DNA of 64,000 bases from Candidatus Marinacidobacterales bacterium (GCA_965237955.1 OZ250169.1:7488001-7552000); one strand, 5' to 3'. Positions 51,946 to 62,961 are shown, numbered from the stretch's first letter. The notes: generated by a model not told the origin, from the letters alone. Program-made: numbers and translations.

Positions 51946-51984
51946 ACATCTTCAGGCTTGACCGTCAACCGCAGGGGGCCAAAT

Positions 51985-54900
51985 CTAGAAGATGAACTTG
52001 ACCGCGATCTGGATCTGCCGCGGGTCACCCACACCCTTGCGCAGGAAGCCATCGAAGTTGAACAGCGCCGCTGTCGTGAGGGGGTTCACCAGGTTCTTGC
52101 TGTTGGTGGTGTTGAACATCTCGATGATGGGCACCAGCTCGAACTGCCCCTCGCTTCCGAGCCGGATCGGCCATTGCAGGCGCCAATCGAGCGAGAAGAA
52201 CTCGTTGTCCTTCCGCAGGCCGTTGCGCCCTCGATCGACGCCCTCGAGCACGCGCGGGGTCTCGGTGATCGGCTGGGCCGAGCGCGCCTGGACCCGGACA
52301 TTGAGCTGGATCGGGCCGAGCTCGGTAAAAGCGTAGAAGTTGAACTTGTGGCGGATGTCGCGGTCGGCGAGCGCGAAGTCCTTCGCCGTATCGAAGATGT
52401 TGAAGCTGCGATCGGTGAAGGGGTCGCGCTCGTTCGAGTCGTCGTCCTCGTCCTTCGAGAGAACGTAGTTCGCCTCGACCTGAAACCCGTCCGCGTAGCG
52501 TTTGCGAAAGCCGAAGGTAGCACCGCGGTACTCCGACCTGCCGGAACTGTTGGTGATGAAGACGTCACCGAGCGCCAGGCCGAACGGGCCGGGACCGTAA
52601 GCGACCGTGTTCCCGGTACCGGGGGCGATATCGCAGCAGGGGCCTTCGGTGCGATTGACCTGGAAAAAGCGCGTGAGGTTGTCCCCCTCCGCGTAAGTAA
52701 AGTCGCCGTAGACGGACCAGCCGAGGGAGATTTCCTGTTCGAAGGCGACGTTGAAGCTCGTGATCCTGGGGTTCTTGTAGTCCTTGTCGAAGGCCCGCAC
52801 CCCGGTAAACAGAGGAAATTCTCCCTCGGGCAAAGACTGGGTCTCGATGACGTTGGGCCACACCGGCATCTCGGCAAACGTCACGAAGCTGAAGTCGCGG
52901 AAGATCGTCTGCTGCTGTAGACCGTTCGCGGTAACCGACCCCACCTGGGTCAACATGTTCTGCCTGGGATTGTAGACTCCGAAGTTGGCACGCAGGACCG
53001 ACTTGGCGTCCCCCGTGACGTCCCAGGAAAACCCCAAGCGCGGCTGGATCATGTCGGTCTGATCCGGGATCGTCCCATCGGAGGGGAAGTTGGCGTCACC
53101 GATGAACTGGGCGTAGGCCGTCTGTGAGGCGTCGACCGTGTCTGGCATGAACTGCATGTCCCAACGCAGCCCGTATTTGAGCGTGAGCCGGCGTCCGATC
53201 CTCCAGGAATCCTGGAAGAACAGACCGATCTCCTCGTTCGAGATGTTCGAGGCACCCGGTGGTGGAACCCCCGGGAAGCCACTCCCGGCCTCCTGGAGAT
53301 ATAAAAGCAACGGCCCACCGGTGAAATCACCGCCGCCCGGACAGGGTTCCGGGTAGGTGACGTAGCTGCCGTCGCCGCAGGTCACGGTATTGGGGCCGTA
53401 TCCCCCCGGCGCGGCGGGGGAGGAGTAGCGCAGGAAGCCCGTCGTGCTTCCGAAGATATAGCGTCCGCTGAAGAAACCGCGAAAAACTTGATCGTTCACC
53501 GAGTGGATCCACTCGCCTCCCACTTTGACGGTGTGGTTGCCGGCAACGATGGAGAGGTTGTTCTTGATCTGCGTGCGCCAGAACAACTCGTCAATGCCGG
53601 GCTGGAGAAAGAAGGGATTGCCGAAGCGAAAGGAGGGGTCGAATCCCATCCCGGTGTCCGCGGCCAAGTTCGAGCGCGCCGCCGTGCGCGGGCGATCCTC
53701 ACGCGAATAGGTGAAATGGAACTCGTTGAGCAGGGTCGTCGAGAGCGTGCTGACCAGATTCAAGTTCAGGACATGGATGCGCGCCGGGTCGCCCTCGATC
53801 CCGTTCGCCGAGTTGCCATAAGTGTCGACGTCGAAGGTCTGATTCTCGTTCGAGGAGTCCAGAAAATTGTAGGAAACGGAGAGATCGTTTCCATCCGTGA
53901 GGCGAAAGTTGAACTTGGAGAAAACCGACGTCGTGCTTATGGGATGGCTCACCGGACGCCCCTCGTCCATCCCCAGGCGCTCCTGAAACAAGTTGAGGAG
54001 CGCCACGCGCTGGCAATCCCCGCTGGAGTCGATGAGCGCCTCGTCCGTCATGATGTTGGGATTCGGAATGGGGCAGGGCTCTCCGATGGGCCGGCTCAGA
54101 TTGGGTCGTTCGAAGTTACCACCGATGTTCTCGGCGGCCAGGAAGAAGAAGACCCGGTCCCGGACCAGAGGCCCGCCGACGGTGCCGCCCGTTTGCTCGC
54201 GGTGAAAGTCTTTGAGCTTCGTGCCGTCCGAGGCCTCGGACGCCAACGCTTCCAGACGCTGGAAGTGGAAGACGCTCCCGCCCACCTTGTTGGTGCCCGA
54301 CTTGGTGACGACGTTGACGACGCCCCCGGCGGTACGGCCGAACTCGGCGTTCGCTCCCGTGGCCACCACCTGGAACTCCTGGATAGCGTCGAGCGTGATG
54401 TCAACGTTGGCCCGCTGCCCGCCGACTTGCTCACCAAAAAAACCGTTGTTGTAGTCGCCTCCGTCGAGGCTGATATTGTTGTAGATCCCGCGTTGACCGA
54501 CGAAGTTGATCATGTCGCCATCGGGTCCCTGCACGATGCTCACACCGGGCGTGAGCGTGAGCAGGTCCTCGAACTTCCGACCCAGCACCGGTGTCGTCTC
54601 CACCGTCGTCAGGTTCAGCGTACTGCTCGCTTCCGTTCGGGACACGTCCACGAGCGTCGTGCCGGTGACGGTGATCGTCTCCTGGGCCGCGGCGAGCTGC
54701 ATAGCGATGGAGAGGTCGATCGCTTGGCCCACGGTCAGGGTCACGCCGTCCTGAATGAAAGTGGCGAAGCCCTGTAAGCTGAAAGTGACGACGTAGGGGC
54801 CCGGTGGCAGTGCCAGCGCCGCGAAGCGCCCCTCTGTGTCCGTAGCAATCGTTCGCGTCAGATTGGTGTCCGGGTTTGTGACCTCGACCGTAACTCCTGG

Positions 54901-55029
54901 CAACACGGCGTCTGTCTGATCGAAAACGCGGCCTCGGATCACACCGGTCGTGATCTGCGTCTGGGCCCAGACACCCATACCGGTGAGAACGCAGATCGCT
55001 GTCAACAGAACGTTTCGTTGGAACATCAC
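51985..55029 (-). CDS. Oar-type TonB-dependent receptor with carboxypeptidase-regulatory N-domain
   Basis: Signal, GVIRGRVFD, DAIQEFQV, AEFGRTAGG..TKSGTN, QDSW, PRLGFSW, terminal KFIF. Confidence 0.93.
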   Translation of the reverse strand: MMFQRNVLLTAICVLTGMGVWAQTQITTGVIRGRVFDQTDAVLPGVTVEVTNPDTNLTRTIATDTEGRFAALALPPGPYVVTFSLQGFATFIQDGVTLTVGQAIDLSIAMQLAAAQETITVTGTTLVDVSRTEASSTLNLTTVETTPVLGRKFEDLLTLTPGVSIVQGPDGDMINFVGQRGIYNNISLDGGDYNNGFFGEQVGGQRANVDITLDAIQEFQVVATGANAEFGRTAGGVVNVVTKSGTNKVGGSVFHFQRLEALASEASDGTKLKDFHREQTGGTVGGPLVRDRVFFFLAAENIGGNFERPNLSRPIGEPCPIPNPNIMTDEALIDSSGDCQRVALLNLFQERLGMDEGRPVSHPISTTSVFSKFNFRLTDGNDLSVSYNFLDSSNENQTFDVDTYGNSANGIEGDPARIHVLNLNLVSTLSTTLLNEFHFTYSREDRPRTAARSNLAADTGMGFDPSFRFGNPFFLQPGIDELFWRTQIKNNLSIVAGNHTVKVGGEWIHSVNDQVFRGFFSGRYIFGSTTGFLRYSSPAAPGGYGPNTVTCGDGSYVTYPEPCPGGGDFTGGPLLLYLQEAGSGFPGVPPPGASNISNEEIGLFFQDSWRIGRRLTLKYGLRWDMQFMPDTVDASQTAYAQFIGDANFPSDGTIPDQTDMIQPRLGFSWDVTGDAKSVLRANFGVYNPRQNMLTQVGSVTANGLQQQTIFRDFSFVTFAEMPVWPNVIETQSLPEGEFPLFTGVRAFDKDYKNPRITSFNVAFEQEISLGWSVYGDFTYAEGDNLTRFFQVNRTEGPCCDIAPGTGNTVAYGPGPFGLALGDVFITNSSGRSEYRGATFGFRKRYADGFQVEANYVLSKDEDDDSNERDPFTDRSFNIFDTAKDFALADRDIRHKFNFYAFTELGPIQLNVRVQARSAQPITETPRVLEGVDRGRNGLRKDNEFFSLDWRLQWPIRLGSEGQFELVPIIEMFNTTNSKNLVNPLTTAALFNFDGFLRKGVGDPRQIQIAVKFIF

Positions 55030-55041
55030 GGCCCCCCTTAA

Positions 55042-55094
55042 TTGAAGAGTATCGCCTTAGTTGAAGAGTATCGCCTTGATTGAAGAGTATCGCT
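55042..55094. repeat. 19-bp tandem repeat, about 2.8 copies
   Basis: TTGAAGAGTATCGCCTTAG / TTGAAGAGTATCGCCTTGA / TTGAAGAGTATCGCT. Confidence 0.9.
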
Positions 55095-55244
55095 GCCGAG
55101 ATTGTACTTGCCGCATCGTCACGATGACAAGGACCTATCAACTTCAATGTAAAACGGGCGGCGCTCGACGAGCTCAGTGCCATTGACCGCGAGCGCGTAG
55201 CTCCGCCCTATGAGATCGCGTCTACTGAAGCCCCCTTCACCAAC

Positions 55245-55620
55245 TCAATAGCGCCAGGTCGTCATGTTCGCGCCGGGCGGAGCGGTGGAAACGATGCGCT
55301 CCATTATGAGCGGTAGCACTCTTTCGTAGGCCGTCTGGCCGGGATATTCCGACGTGCCGGTATAACAATGCGGCTCACGGCGGCCCCAGTTGAACCAGCC
55401 GGCGTAGTGGGGCTAGGGACGTGCTTTCGAGAAACTCCTCGAGCAAGAGGTTCGACTCCTCGACGAAATATGTATCGATGTCGCCCCTGTAGATGTGGAT
55501 CTTCCCCTCGAGCTTCGAGCCGGTGGGCTCCCAATCACGCTGCAGAATGTGGCGGAGATCGTAGTTCTCCTTCCAGTAATCGACGACGCCTTTGTCGATC
55601 TCCCCCGTCCACTTGTCTGC
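55245..55620 (-). pseudogene. C-terminal remnant of an esterase-like protein
   Basis: TGEIDKGVVDYWKENYDL..GKIHIYRGDID, frameshift, then ..TAPPGANMTTWRY stop. Confidence 0.6.
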
Positions 55621-55659
55621 CGCCGGGGGCATGGGTGTGAAGTTTCACTCCGAGCGTCT

Positions 55660-56095
55660 CGTACCGGCGCAGTTGTAATTGATGATACAGGTACTTTCGG
55701 ACGGCGCGGGTTCCTGCCCATCACGTCGGATCACAAGAGGATCCAGCTCACCAACAATTTCACGTATCTCTTCGGCGACCACGACATGAAGATGGGCGTG
55801 GATATGAACCTCAACAACACGAGCCAGGAACTTTTTCGGCTGGGGCGATGGCCGGTACACGTTCACGACGCTCGAAGATTACATCGCCGGAAATCCCAGC
55901 GAGTTCCGGCAGCGCACCGGCCTCAACGGCTTCACGACGAGAGATTCTGACACTATCTCGATGGACCAACAAGAGCTTGCCGTCTACGTTCAGGACACAT
56001 GGAGGCCCAAGCCCGGGCTCACCCTCAACCTGGGCCTGCGATGGGAAGGGCAGTGGAATCAGGACGTCCCCGTCGAGGTGGACCCGCGGTCCTGA
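55660..56095 (+). pseudogene. Internal remnant of a second TonB-dependent receptor
   Basis: QLTNNFTYLFGDHDMKMG, frameshift near 55827, then AVYVQDTWRPKPGLTLNLGLRWE. Confidence 0.75.
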
Positions 56096-56214
56096 ACCTC
56101 GCGAGCGTTCGCATGAATACCGGTGAGCTGAGAGGTGCGGAGGAGCTCTTCCGCCGCGCCGTCACTCTCGCGCCCGACTCCTACGAGGCCTACAATGGCC
56201 TGGGCATCGCGCTC

Positions 56215-57647
56215 GGAGGTGCCCCCACCATAGTTGAAGGTTCGAGGTGGTGGCGGCTCCTGACACATGGTTTATCCGACTTTGGCGTGCTTGTCGAGCG
56301 CTTGATTCTCAGTGACCTCCGCTAACTTCGCTTCGAGGATCGGTAGCGATTGGTATCCAATGATACGACGGAAATTTTTCTCCGTGGCGAGCAGAGCCGA
56401 AGCGGCCCATCTCAGAACCATCTTGCCATTGCGCCAGCGGGTGACGCGACGGGTACGACCTCGCGCACCGCTGAAGCACGACTCGATGATGTTCGTCGAT
56501 CCAAGGCAGCGTTTCAGAGATGCGGGGAGGTCGAGCTCGTTGATGGTGAACATCTCGTCGAGCCCCTCCCGGATGCTCTCCGCCGCCGAGGGGTAGTCGT
56601 CCTCGAGCCACTTCGCCTGTTGCTCCAACCGCGCTTTGCCCTTCTTTGCTGGGAGCTGCCAGGCCGAACGCAGGCTCGCTTGCACTTGCGGCTTCAGCTC
56701 CTGCGGCAGATAACCGAGCACATTGCGCTCCTTGTGCTTCCTGCAACGCTGGACCTTGTTGTGGGTACCGAACACAGCGTCGACGGCGACCCGTAGCGCC
56801 TTGGAGCCATCGATCACGAACAGCCGACACCGCTCTGGGCTCAGGCCTCGTTCGACCAGGTCCTCCAGCAGCGCCTTGCACACTATCTGGTTCTCCGATG
56901 CTCCATCCCGAAGCCCCAGAACATGCTTGTATCCCTCTGTATCTACGCCGATTGCCGCCAGCGCGTGGTGCTCGCCGAAGCGAATCCCGTCCAGGTACAC
57001 GACCGCGATCTCCAGCTCGTCCAGCGGACGCTCCATCAGCCCCTGCAACTGCTCCGCGCTTGCTTCCACGAACTCACGGCTCACCTCGCTCTTGCTAACC
57101 CCTACCGTCTCCGCCATCTCGGGAAGAACCGACGCGTACTTGCGCGTCGACACACCCAGCATCAGGATTTCCCAGATGCGTTGGCTCAGCCGAGACGAGT
57201 TGTTCACCGCTTCGTAGGCAGGAATCGCAACCTCCCCTCCCTCTGCCTTTCCCTTACGCCGCAGACGTGGCCGGCTCACTCTCAACTTCCGCTCCGCAAG
57301 GCTTACTACGCCACCCTGCCGGCCGTGCCAGCGAACATCGCTACCCTTCTTCCCCGGGTGTTTCTCCCCAGCCACACTTTGGGCTGACAGATCCAAGACC
57401 GCTTCGATCGTCGCTCGGCCAGCAACGTCGATCGCTATCTCGGTTCGCTCAATCGCATCCAAGAACGGCAACAGAGCTTGCCCCTTCGAGCTCAGTATCT
57501 CTCGAAGCTTCTTCCTGTTCTTCGCATCGATGATTTGGTAATTTGACATCGTGGTGGCTCCTTTCTTTTTCCTTCACAGCCGGATTCTATCGAACCCGGC
57601 CTTAGGAGCCGCCACTCCTAACCTTCAACTATCTCAGGGGCATCTCC
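56215..57647 (-). mobile_element. Complete IS256-family element, 1433 bp
   Basis: Imperfect TIRs GGAGRTGCCCC..ATAGTTGAAGGTT; 8-bp TSD TCGCGCTC at 56207-56214 and 57648-57655. Confidence 0.93.
56272..57549 (-). CDS. IS256-family transposase
   Basis: GVSTRK, YLDG, IDGSKAL, QRCRKHK, STNIIES. Confidence 0.95.
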   Translation of the reverse strand: MSNYQIIDAKNRKKLREILSSKGQALLPFLDAIERTEIAIDVAGRATIEAVLDLSAQSVAGEKHPGKKGSDVRWHGRQGGVVSLAERKLRVSRPRLRRKGKAEGGEVAIPAYEAVNNSSRLSQRIWEILMLGVSTRKYASVLPEMAETVGVSKSEVSREFVEASAEQLQGLMERPLDELEIAVVYLDGIRFGEHHALAAIGVDTEGYKHVLGLRDGASENQIVCKALLEDLVERGLSPERCRLFVIDGSKALRVAVDAVFGTHNKVQRCRKHKERNVLGYLPQELKPQVQASLRSAWQLPAKKGKARLEQQAKWLEDDYPSAAESIREGLDEMFTINELDLPASLKRCLGSTNIIESCFSGARGRTRRVTRWRNGKMVLRWAASALLATEKNFRRIIGYQSLPILEAKLAEVTENQALDKHAKVG

Positions 57648-57765
57648 TCGCGCTCGGGCGCCAGGGTCGGAACGACGAAGCCGAAGCCGCCTTTCGAAGG
57701 GGCTTCGAGATCGACCCGAGCCTGGATGCCGCGCGCGACAACCTGCGTGCACTCGGCAAGACGCC

Positions 57766-58395
57766 ATGACGTATGTTTTACTGCTTGCAACTCTGCTCTT
57801 CCAAGAGGACCCCGTGCGCGACGCGCGCTCGCTCGTCGAGGAGGGCAAGAGCCTCGAAGCGCTCCAACTGCTGGAGGCCGCGCGCGAACAGCCGGAGAAT
57901 GCGGGCATCCATCACGCCATTGGTACGCTCTACGCGTCGGCAGGGAGAACTCCTGAGGCGCTGCGCCACCTGGGGAAAGCCGCCGAGCTCGCGCCCGACG
58001 ATGCATCCTACACGTACACCTACGGGGAGCTTCTCTACCACGCGGGACGCTACGATGACGCGAAGCCAGTGCTGGAGAAGGCCGCGGAGCTTCCCGAAGC
58101 CGTGTTCTCGCTTCGAGCCGGCGCCCCTGACGAAGCTGCCGTTTCGGTACAACGCTCGCTCGAGCTCGACCCCGCGTTCCCGGACGCGTGGTCGATGCTC
58201 GGATCGCTTCTCCTCGATTCCGGTCACGCCGAAGAGGCTCTCGAGTGCTATCTGAAGGCCGCCGCGCTCGAACCGTCCAATGCGGCCGTGCACCTCAACC
58301 TCGCTTCCGCGTACGCGGCCCTCGGCAACGACGCTGCAGAAGAAGCCGCGATGGAACGCTATCACGAGCTGACCAAACGCCAGTGCTCGAAGTAA
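57766..58395 (+). CDS. TPR-repeat protein
   Basis: Repeated TPR signatures ([28 protein letters not shown]); short signal-like N-terminus. Confidence 0.8.
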   Translation: MTYVLLLATLLFQEDPVRDARSLVEEGKSLEALQLLEAAREQPENAGIHHAIGTLYASAGRTPEALRHLGKAAELAPDDASYTYTYGELLYHAGRYDDAKPVLEKAAELPEAVFSLRAGAPDEAAVSVQRSLELDPAFPDAWSMLGSLLLDSGHAEEALECYLKAAALEPSNAAVHLNLASAYAALGNDAAEEAAMERYHELTKRQCSK

Positions 58396-58799
58396 AAGCG
58401 ATTCTCTTTTTGTGCGTGGCGAACTCCGCGAGAAGTCAGATGGCCGAAGGTCTGGCGCGATCGATGGCTCCTGAAGGAACGCGGGTCCTCAGCGCGGGAT
58501 CGATGCCCGCACGCGTCAGCCCCTATGCGATGGAGGTGATGCAGGAGATCGGCATCGACTTGTCATCGCACCGCTCGAAATCCGTCGACGAGATCCCGAA
58601 AGAGCAAGTGGCCACCGTCATTACACTGTGCGCCGAGGAAGTTTGTCCGGTGTTCCCCGGAGCGGTAGAGAAGCTCCACTGGCCCCATCCGGACCCCGCA
58701 GCGACCATCGGATCGAAAGAGGAAATTCTGGAGTCGTTTCGCAACGTGCGAGATCAAATTCGCGACAAGCTCGCGGCGTACTTCGAGGGCTACGTGTAG
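58383..58799 (+). CDS. arsC: Arsenate reductase ArsC (LMW-PTP fold)
   Basis: [30 protein letters not shown]. Confidence 0.88.
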   Translation: MLEVKAILFLCVANSARSQMAEGLARSMAPEGTRVLSAGSMPARVSPYAMEVMQEIGIDLSSHRSKSVDEIPKEQVATVITLCAEEVCPVFPGAVEKLHWPHPDPAATIGSKEEILESFRNVRDQIRDKLAAYFEGYV

Positions 58800-60376
58800 G
58801 TTTGCCCGAGTGGCACCGCATGAAATCGCACCGGGTCCCCCGGCAATAGCTGCGCGAGCCGCGGAATGTCAGTGCTGACCACGGTCGCGATCTTCGGATA
58901 GCCGCCTGTGGTCGCGCGATCCGCGAGCATCACGATCGGCAGGCCGTCCGGCGGGACTTGGATACTTCCCAGTGCGTTCCCGTCGGAGACGATCTGTTGG
59001 GCGCCGCGGTGCTCGAGCGTCTCCCCTTCGAGCCGGTAGCCCATGCGGTCCGAAGACGCGCCGACCGTGTACGTGCACGACTCCAGGGTTGCACGTGCCT
59101 TGTCGGTGAAGTAGTCGTCTTGCGGTCCCCAAATCACTCGCACGACGCCTTCGTCCTGGTCGGGCTCACGGGGAATCCGTTTTCCAACGGGCGCAGAACC
59201 GGGCAAGAGTGCCAAGCGGTCCCCTTTCTGAAGCGCACGTCCGCGGTACCCACCGAACCCCGCGGTTAGATACGTGGAGCGAGAGCCGAGCACGAGAGGC
59301 ACGTCGATGCCTCCCGCGAAACCAATGTAGGCGCGCGCACCCGAGCGGGCTCCTTCGAAGGCGAGCACGTTCCCCGGCCGAAGCCGAAACGAGCTCCCCG
59401 GCGCGGGTTGCCAGCGACCGAGATCGTGACGCTCGACAACGGCGCCGAGATCGGCGCCGCCGACGGAAGCCACCGTCGCCTGGAGACAGCGGAGTCTCGG
59501 GCCTTGGACGGTGCACTCGAGTGCAGCCGCTCCGGGATCGTTGCCGAGGAGTCGGTTGGCTTCATCGAGTGCCCCGGAATCCATCGCACCTGCAACGGGC
59601 ACACCGTAGCGTTGAAAGCCGGGACGACCGCGATCCTGCACCGTCGTGAGCAGTCCGCCGTCTTCGACTTCGATCGCCGGCGCGGACGATGGCAGTGCCT
59701 GCGGCTCGTTTTTGCTCTCGAGCTCAAAAAGCGCCTCTACCGGGACGAACTTCACTCGATCGCCGGGGACAAAAAAGCTCGGAGGCGTCGCCTTCGGGTC
59801 GAAGAGCGTTCGATGCTCGGTCCTACCGAGCAAATGCCAGCCTCCCGGCGCCCCTGAAGGGTAAATCCCGGTCTGACGCATGGCGATCGCGACCGAGCCG
59901 GCAGGCACCCGGGTGCGCGGCGTGGCCCTTCGCCTCAGCTCGAGCTTCGGATCGGTCAACCCCATATACGCGAATCCCGGTGTGGACCCAAGCATGTAAA
60001 CACGGTACTCGGTCTCGCTATGGAGACGGATGACGTCCTCGCGCGACATGCCCGTTTGCCGAGACACGTCGTCGAGGTCGTCGCCGTCGTACACGGTCGG
60101 AACTTCCTTGAGAGGTGCTTCCGGAAGTTTCGACGGATCCAGAGCCGTCAGGAGCTCGTGCACGTGTTTGCGAGCATCGTCGAAGTTAATCGACCTTGGC
60201 TCGTAGAACACGAGGAGCGAGCGATAGCTTGGAATCGCTTCCTGATAGCCCGGGAACGGAGATGCGCGTAGCGCTTCGTCGAGAGCACGGACCCGCGCGT
60301 TCAACTCCGGATCGATGGTGTCGCCGAGCTCGACGACGAGACCGCGCTCGCCGGCAGGCAAGAATCTCGGTTTCAC
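58790..60376 (-). CDS. Fused 5-oxoprolinase subunits PxpB-PxpC
   Basis: [18 protein letters not shown]; [24 protein letters not shown]. Confidence 0.92.
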   Translation of the reverse strand: MKPRFLPAGERGLVVELGDTIDPELNARVRALDEALRASPFPGYQEAIPSYRSLLVFYEPRSINFDDARKHVHELLTALDPSKLPEAPLKEVPTVYDGDDLDDVSRQTGMSREDVIRLHSETEYRVYMLGSTPGFAYMGLTDPKLELRRRATPRTRVPAGSVAIAMRQTGIYPSGAPGGWHLLGRTEHRTLFDPKATPPSFFVPGDRVKFVPVEALFELESKNEPQALPSSAPAIEVEDGGLLTTVQDRGRPGFQRYGVPVAGAMDSGALDEANRLLGNDPGAAALECTVQGPRLRCLQATVASVGGADLGAVVERHDLGRWQPAPGSSFRLRPGNVLAFEGARSGARAYIGFAGGIDVPLVLGSRSTYLTAGFGGYRGRALQKGDRLALLPGSAPVGKRIPREPDQDEGVVRVIWGPQDDYFTDKARATLESCTYTVGASSDRMGYRLEGETLEHRGAQQIVSDGNALGSIQVPPDGLPIVMLADRATTGGYPKIATVVSTDIPRLAQLLPGDPVRFHAVPLGQTYT

Positions 60377-61137
60377 GTCGCGAGCGATAGAACCTCGACT
60401 CCGTTCTTCTCGAGAGCCGCGCGCACGGCCCGAGCGTTGTCCAAAGCGGCGGGATTGTCGCCGTGCAGACAGAGCGTCTCGGCGTCGATGGAAACGGACG
60501 TCCCGTCGTGCGCGATCACTCGTCTCTCGAGGGCGATCGAAATCGCTTGCGCGGCCGCGCGCTCGGGGTCGGTGATGACCGAGCCTTCGATCGTGCGCGA
60601 CTGCAACGTCCCATCGGGGTTATACACACGATCGGCAAAGGCTTCGCCCGCGTAGCGTAGCTTACAGGCCTCGGCCGCCTCACGCATCGCTTTCGAGCTC
60701 GCCAAGCCGACGAAGATCAAATCCCGGCTCACGCGAGCGACGCCGGCCGCTAACGCCCGCGACAACTTCCCATCGTTCACCGCCTGGTTGTAGAGCGCGC
60801 CGTGCGGCTTCACGTGGACCAACGCTACGTCGTGCGCGGTAGCAAACGCAGCGACCGCTCCGACCTGATAAATCACGTCCGCCTCGACTTCGTCGGCGCT
60901 GGCCGCGATCACGCGCCGCCCAAAGCCGCGGAGATCGTGATGGCCGGGATGGGCTCCGACCGCCACGCCGTGTTTGGCAGCGAGCGCGACCGTGCGGTCA
61001 ATCGTCTGCGGGTCGCCCGCGTGGAATCCACAGGCCACGTTGGCGGACGTCACCAGCTCGAGCATGGCGTCGTCGTCTCGACCGATACGGTAGATGCCGA
61101 AGCTCTCCCCCATATCGCAGTTCAAGTCAATGCGCAC
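60373..61137 (-). CDS. pxpA: 5-oxoprolinase subunit PxpA (LamB/YcsF)
   Basis: DLNCDMGE, ANVACGFHAGD, HVKPHGALYN, CLHGD. Confidence 0.95.
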   Translation of the reverse strand: MRIDLNCDMGESFGIYRIGRDDDAMLELVTSANVACGFHAGDPQTIDRTVALAAKHGVAVGAHPGHHDLRGFGRRVIAASADEVEADVIYQVGAVAAFATAHDVALVHVKPHGALYNQAVNDGKLSRALAAGVARVSRDLIFVGLASSKAMREAAEACKLRYAGEAFADRVYNPDGTLQSRTIEGSVITDPERAAAQAISIALERRVIAHDGTSVSIDAETLCLHGDNPAALDNARAVRAALEKNGVEVLSLAT

Positions 61138-61192
61138 TGCCGCATTCTATCGCTTCGCTTTTGCTCTCGGAAAGCGCTACAATATCCGCCTC

Positions 61193-61306
61193 ATGGGTAA
61201 AGGGGATCGCAGAACCAAACGCGGGAAAATCTTCCAAGGCACCAACGGAAAAACACGCCCAAAGCCGAAGACAAAGCAGAAGAAAAAGGCAGCGAGGAGA
61301 AGTTAG
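61193..61306 (+). CDS. 30S ribosomal protein Thx (bTHX)
   Basis: MGKGDRRTKRGKIFQGTNGKTRPK matches the Thx signature. Confidence 0.9.
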   Translation: MGKGDRRTKRGKIFQGTNGKTRPKPKTKQKKKAARRS

Positions 61307-61326
61307 TTCGGCCCGCCTTCGGCGGG

Positions 61327-62466
61327 CTAGACGGTCGTTTTCTCTTCAATGAGCCGATCGAGCTCGTCTTTCAATCTCGGCAAAATTTCGCCGTACGAAA
61401 ATGCTCCCACTTGCTCCTTGCCCTTCTTCAAGTTCACGAACTGCGGGGCACACCACAGGCCGAGATCTGCATCGTCGGTCTCGCCCGGGCCGTTGACGCG
61501 GCAGCCCATCACCGCGATGGTGATGGCATGGTCTTTCGCATAGCGCGTCATTTCCTGGACTTGCTCGGCGAGCTCCACGAACTGCTCGTTCTCGACGCGA
61601 GAACAGGATGGGCACGAGATGATGTTGAGCTCGTTCGACAGTACCTTGGGGACAGAGCGGAACCGGCCCGTGGCGATGTCTTCGAGGATCTGGTGACCGA
61701 CCTCGACCTCCTCGTGCTTGCGGGGGTTCGGGAGTGTGAGCGACACCCGAATCGTGTCTCCGATCCCTCGAGTGAGTAGCTGTTCGAACGCGATACGGGT
61801 CTTGATGACGCCGTCGGGTGGCAGCCCGGCCTCGGTCACGCCGAGATGGATGGGAACGTCGGGTCGCTCGGCGGCGAACCGGCGGTTCCCCTCGATCACG
61901 TTCGCGGGATCGGAATCCTTCAACGAAACGCAGAACCGAGTAAACCCCAGCTCGTCGAGCCACGCCGCGTGCTCGAGCGCCGACGCTACCATCGCGCCGA
62001 CGGAGTCTTCGCGAAACTCGTCCGCCCGGGCGGGGTCGAGCGAGCCACAGTTGACACCGATGCGCATAGCGCAGTCGTTCTCGCCCGCGACGTTCACGAG
62101 ACAGGCAACCTTCTCGCGCGCGGGCTTGTCGCGCTCGTGGTGGTAGAGATGGCCGGGGTTGTAACGGATCTTGTCCACATGGGGCGCCACCCTCTCCGCG
62201 AGTCGATAGCTCTCCTGCAAATCTATTGAAAGGTTCGCCTCGGTTCGCTCCCGGATGGCCTCGACGGCATCGGCGTCTTTTTGACTGTCGACGGCAATGC
62301 GCACGATACCGGCGCCGGCCCGGCGGAGCTGCTCCGCCTGCGCTACGGTCGCGTCGACGTCCTCGGTCTTCGTCGCGCACATGCTTTGCACCACGACGGG
62401 GTGGCCTTTTCCGATTGTCACGCCACCGATGGCGACGCTCCGCGTCGGGTTCCTCTCTACGGTCAT
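61327..62466 (-). CDS. ispG: HMBPP synthase IspG
   Basis: [44 protein letters not shown]. Confidence 0.95.
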   Translation of the reverse strand: MTVERNPTRSVAIGGVTIGKGHPVVVQSMCATKTEDVDATVAQAEQLRRAGAGIVRIAVDSQKDADAVEAIRERTEANLSIDLQESYRLAERVAPHVDKIRYNPGHLYHHERDKPAREKVACLVNVAGENDCAMRIGVNCGSLDPARADEFREDSVGAMVASALEHAAWLDELGFTRFCVSLKDSDPANVIEGNRRFAAERPDVPIHLGVTEAGLPPDGVIKTRIAFEQLLTRGIGDTIRVSLTLPNPRKHEEVEVGHQILEDIATGRFRSVPKVLSNELNIISCPSCSRVENEQFVELAEQVQEMTRYAKDHAITIAVMGCRVNGPGETDDADLGLWCAPQFVNLKKGKEQVGAFSYGEILPRLKDELDRLIEEKTTV

Positions 62467-62585
62467 CGCCCCCATTGTAGTGTCGGGATCCAAGCGGAAG
62501 CCAGAGCAACCCCCGTTTTCCCGCCAATTTCCGGCTTTACTAGCGACCTGCAATCGGCATAGCATGAGCTGTTAGCGGAGGTTCC

Positions 62586-62916
62586 ATGGAGAAACGTTCT
62601 GAATCTCGCCTGAGCCCGGATGGCGCCATCCAGTGCACGGTGGAATGGGAAAAGGGCCGGGAGGAAGGCAAGATCCACAACATTTCTCCGCGGGGAGCGC
62701 TCCTCGAGGCCAAGAGCGATTTCGGAATCAGCCGTATCAAGCTCGTTTTGGAGCTCGATACTCTCAGTGAGCCTTTGACCCTCGACGCCGCCATCCGCTG
62801 GCACGCCGTGTCCCCCCAAGGACGAGACCGACCACTATGGTCTTGTGTTTCGCCACTTGGATGAAGACACTCAGGAAAAGCTTGATCGAGCCATCGAGTC
62901 CCTCACCGCTCCCTAG
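62586..62916 (+). pseudogene. PilZ-domain protein, frameshifted at a C6 run
   Basis: RSESR and NISPRG motifs; YGLVF..LDRAI continues in another frame after 62812-62817. Confidence 0.72.
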
Positions 62917-62961
62917 GACCACTGTCGTCGGCCAAGCCGGGCGTCGGAGCAACTCTATTAC

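Larger units (their letters stand above)
56090..57769 (+). pseudogene. TPR gene remnant interrupted by IS256
   Basis: ..EAYNGLGIAL | IS | GRQGRNDEAEAAFRRGFEIDP rejoins in frame when the IS and one TSD are removed. Confidence 0.8.

Noticed and set aside
55042-55094. Mini CRISPR array
   Set aside because: Repeats are contiguous with no spacers; no cas genes
58383-58799. Arsenic resistance operon
   Set aside because: Lone arsC with no arsR, arsB or acr3
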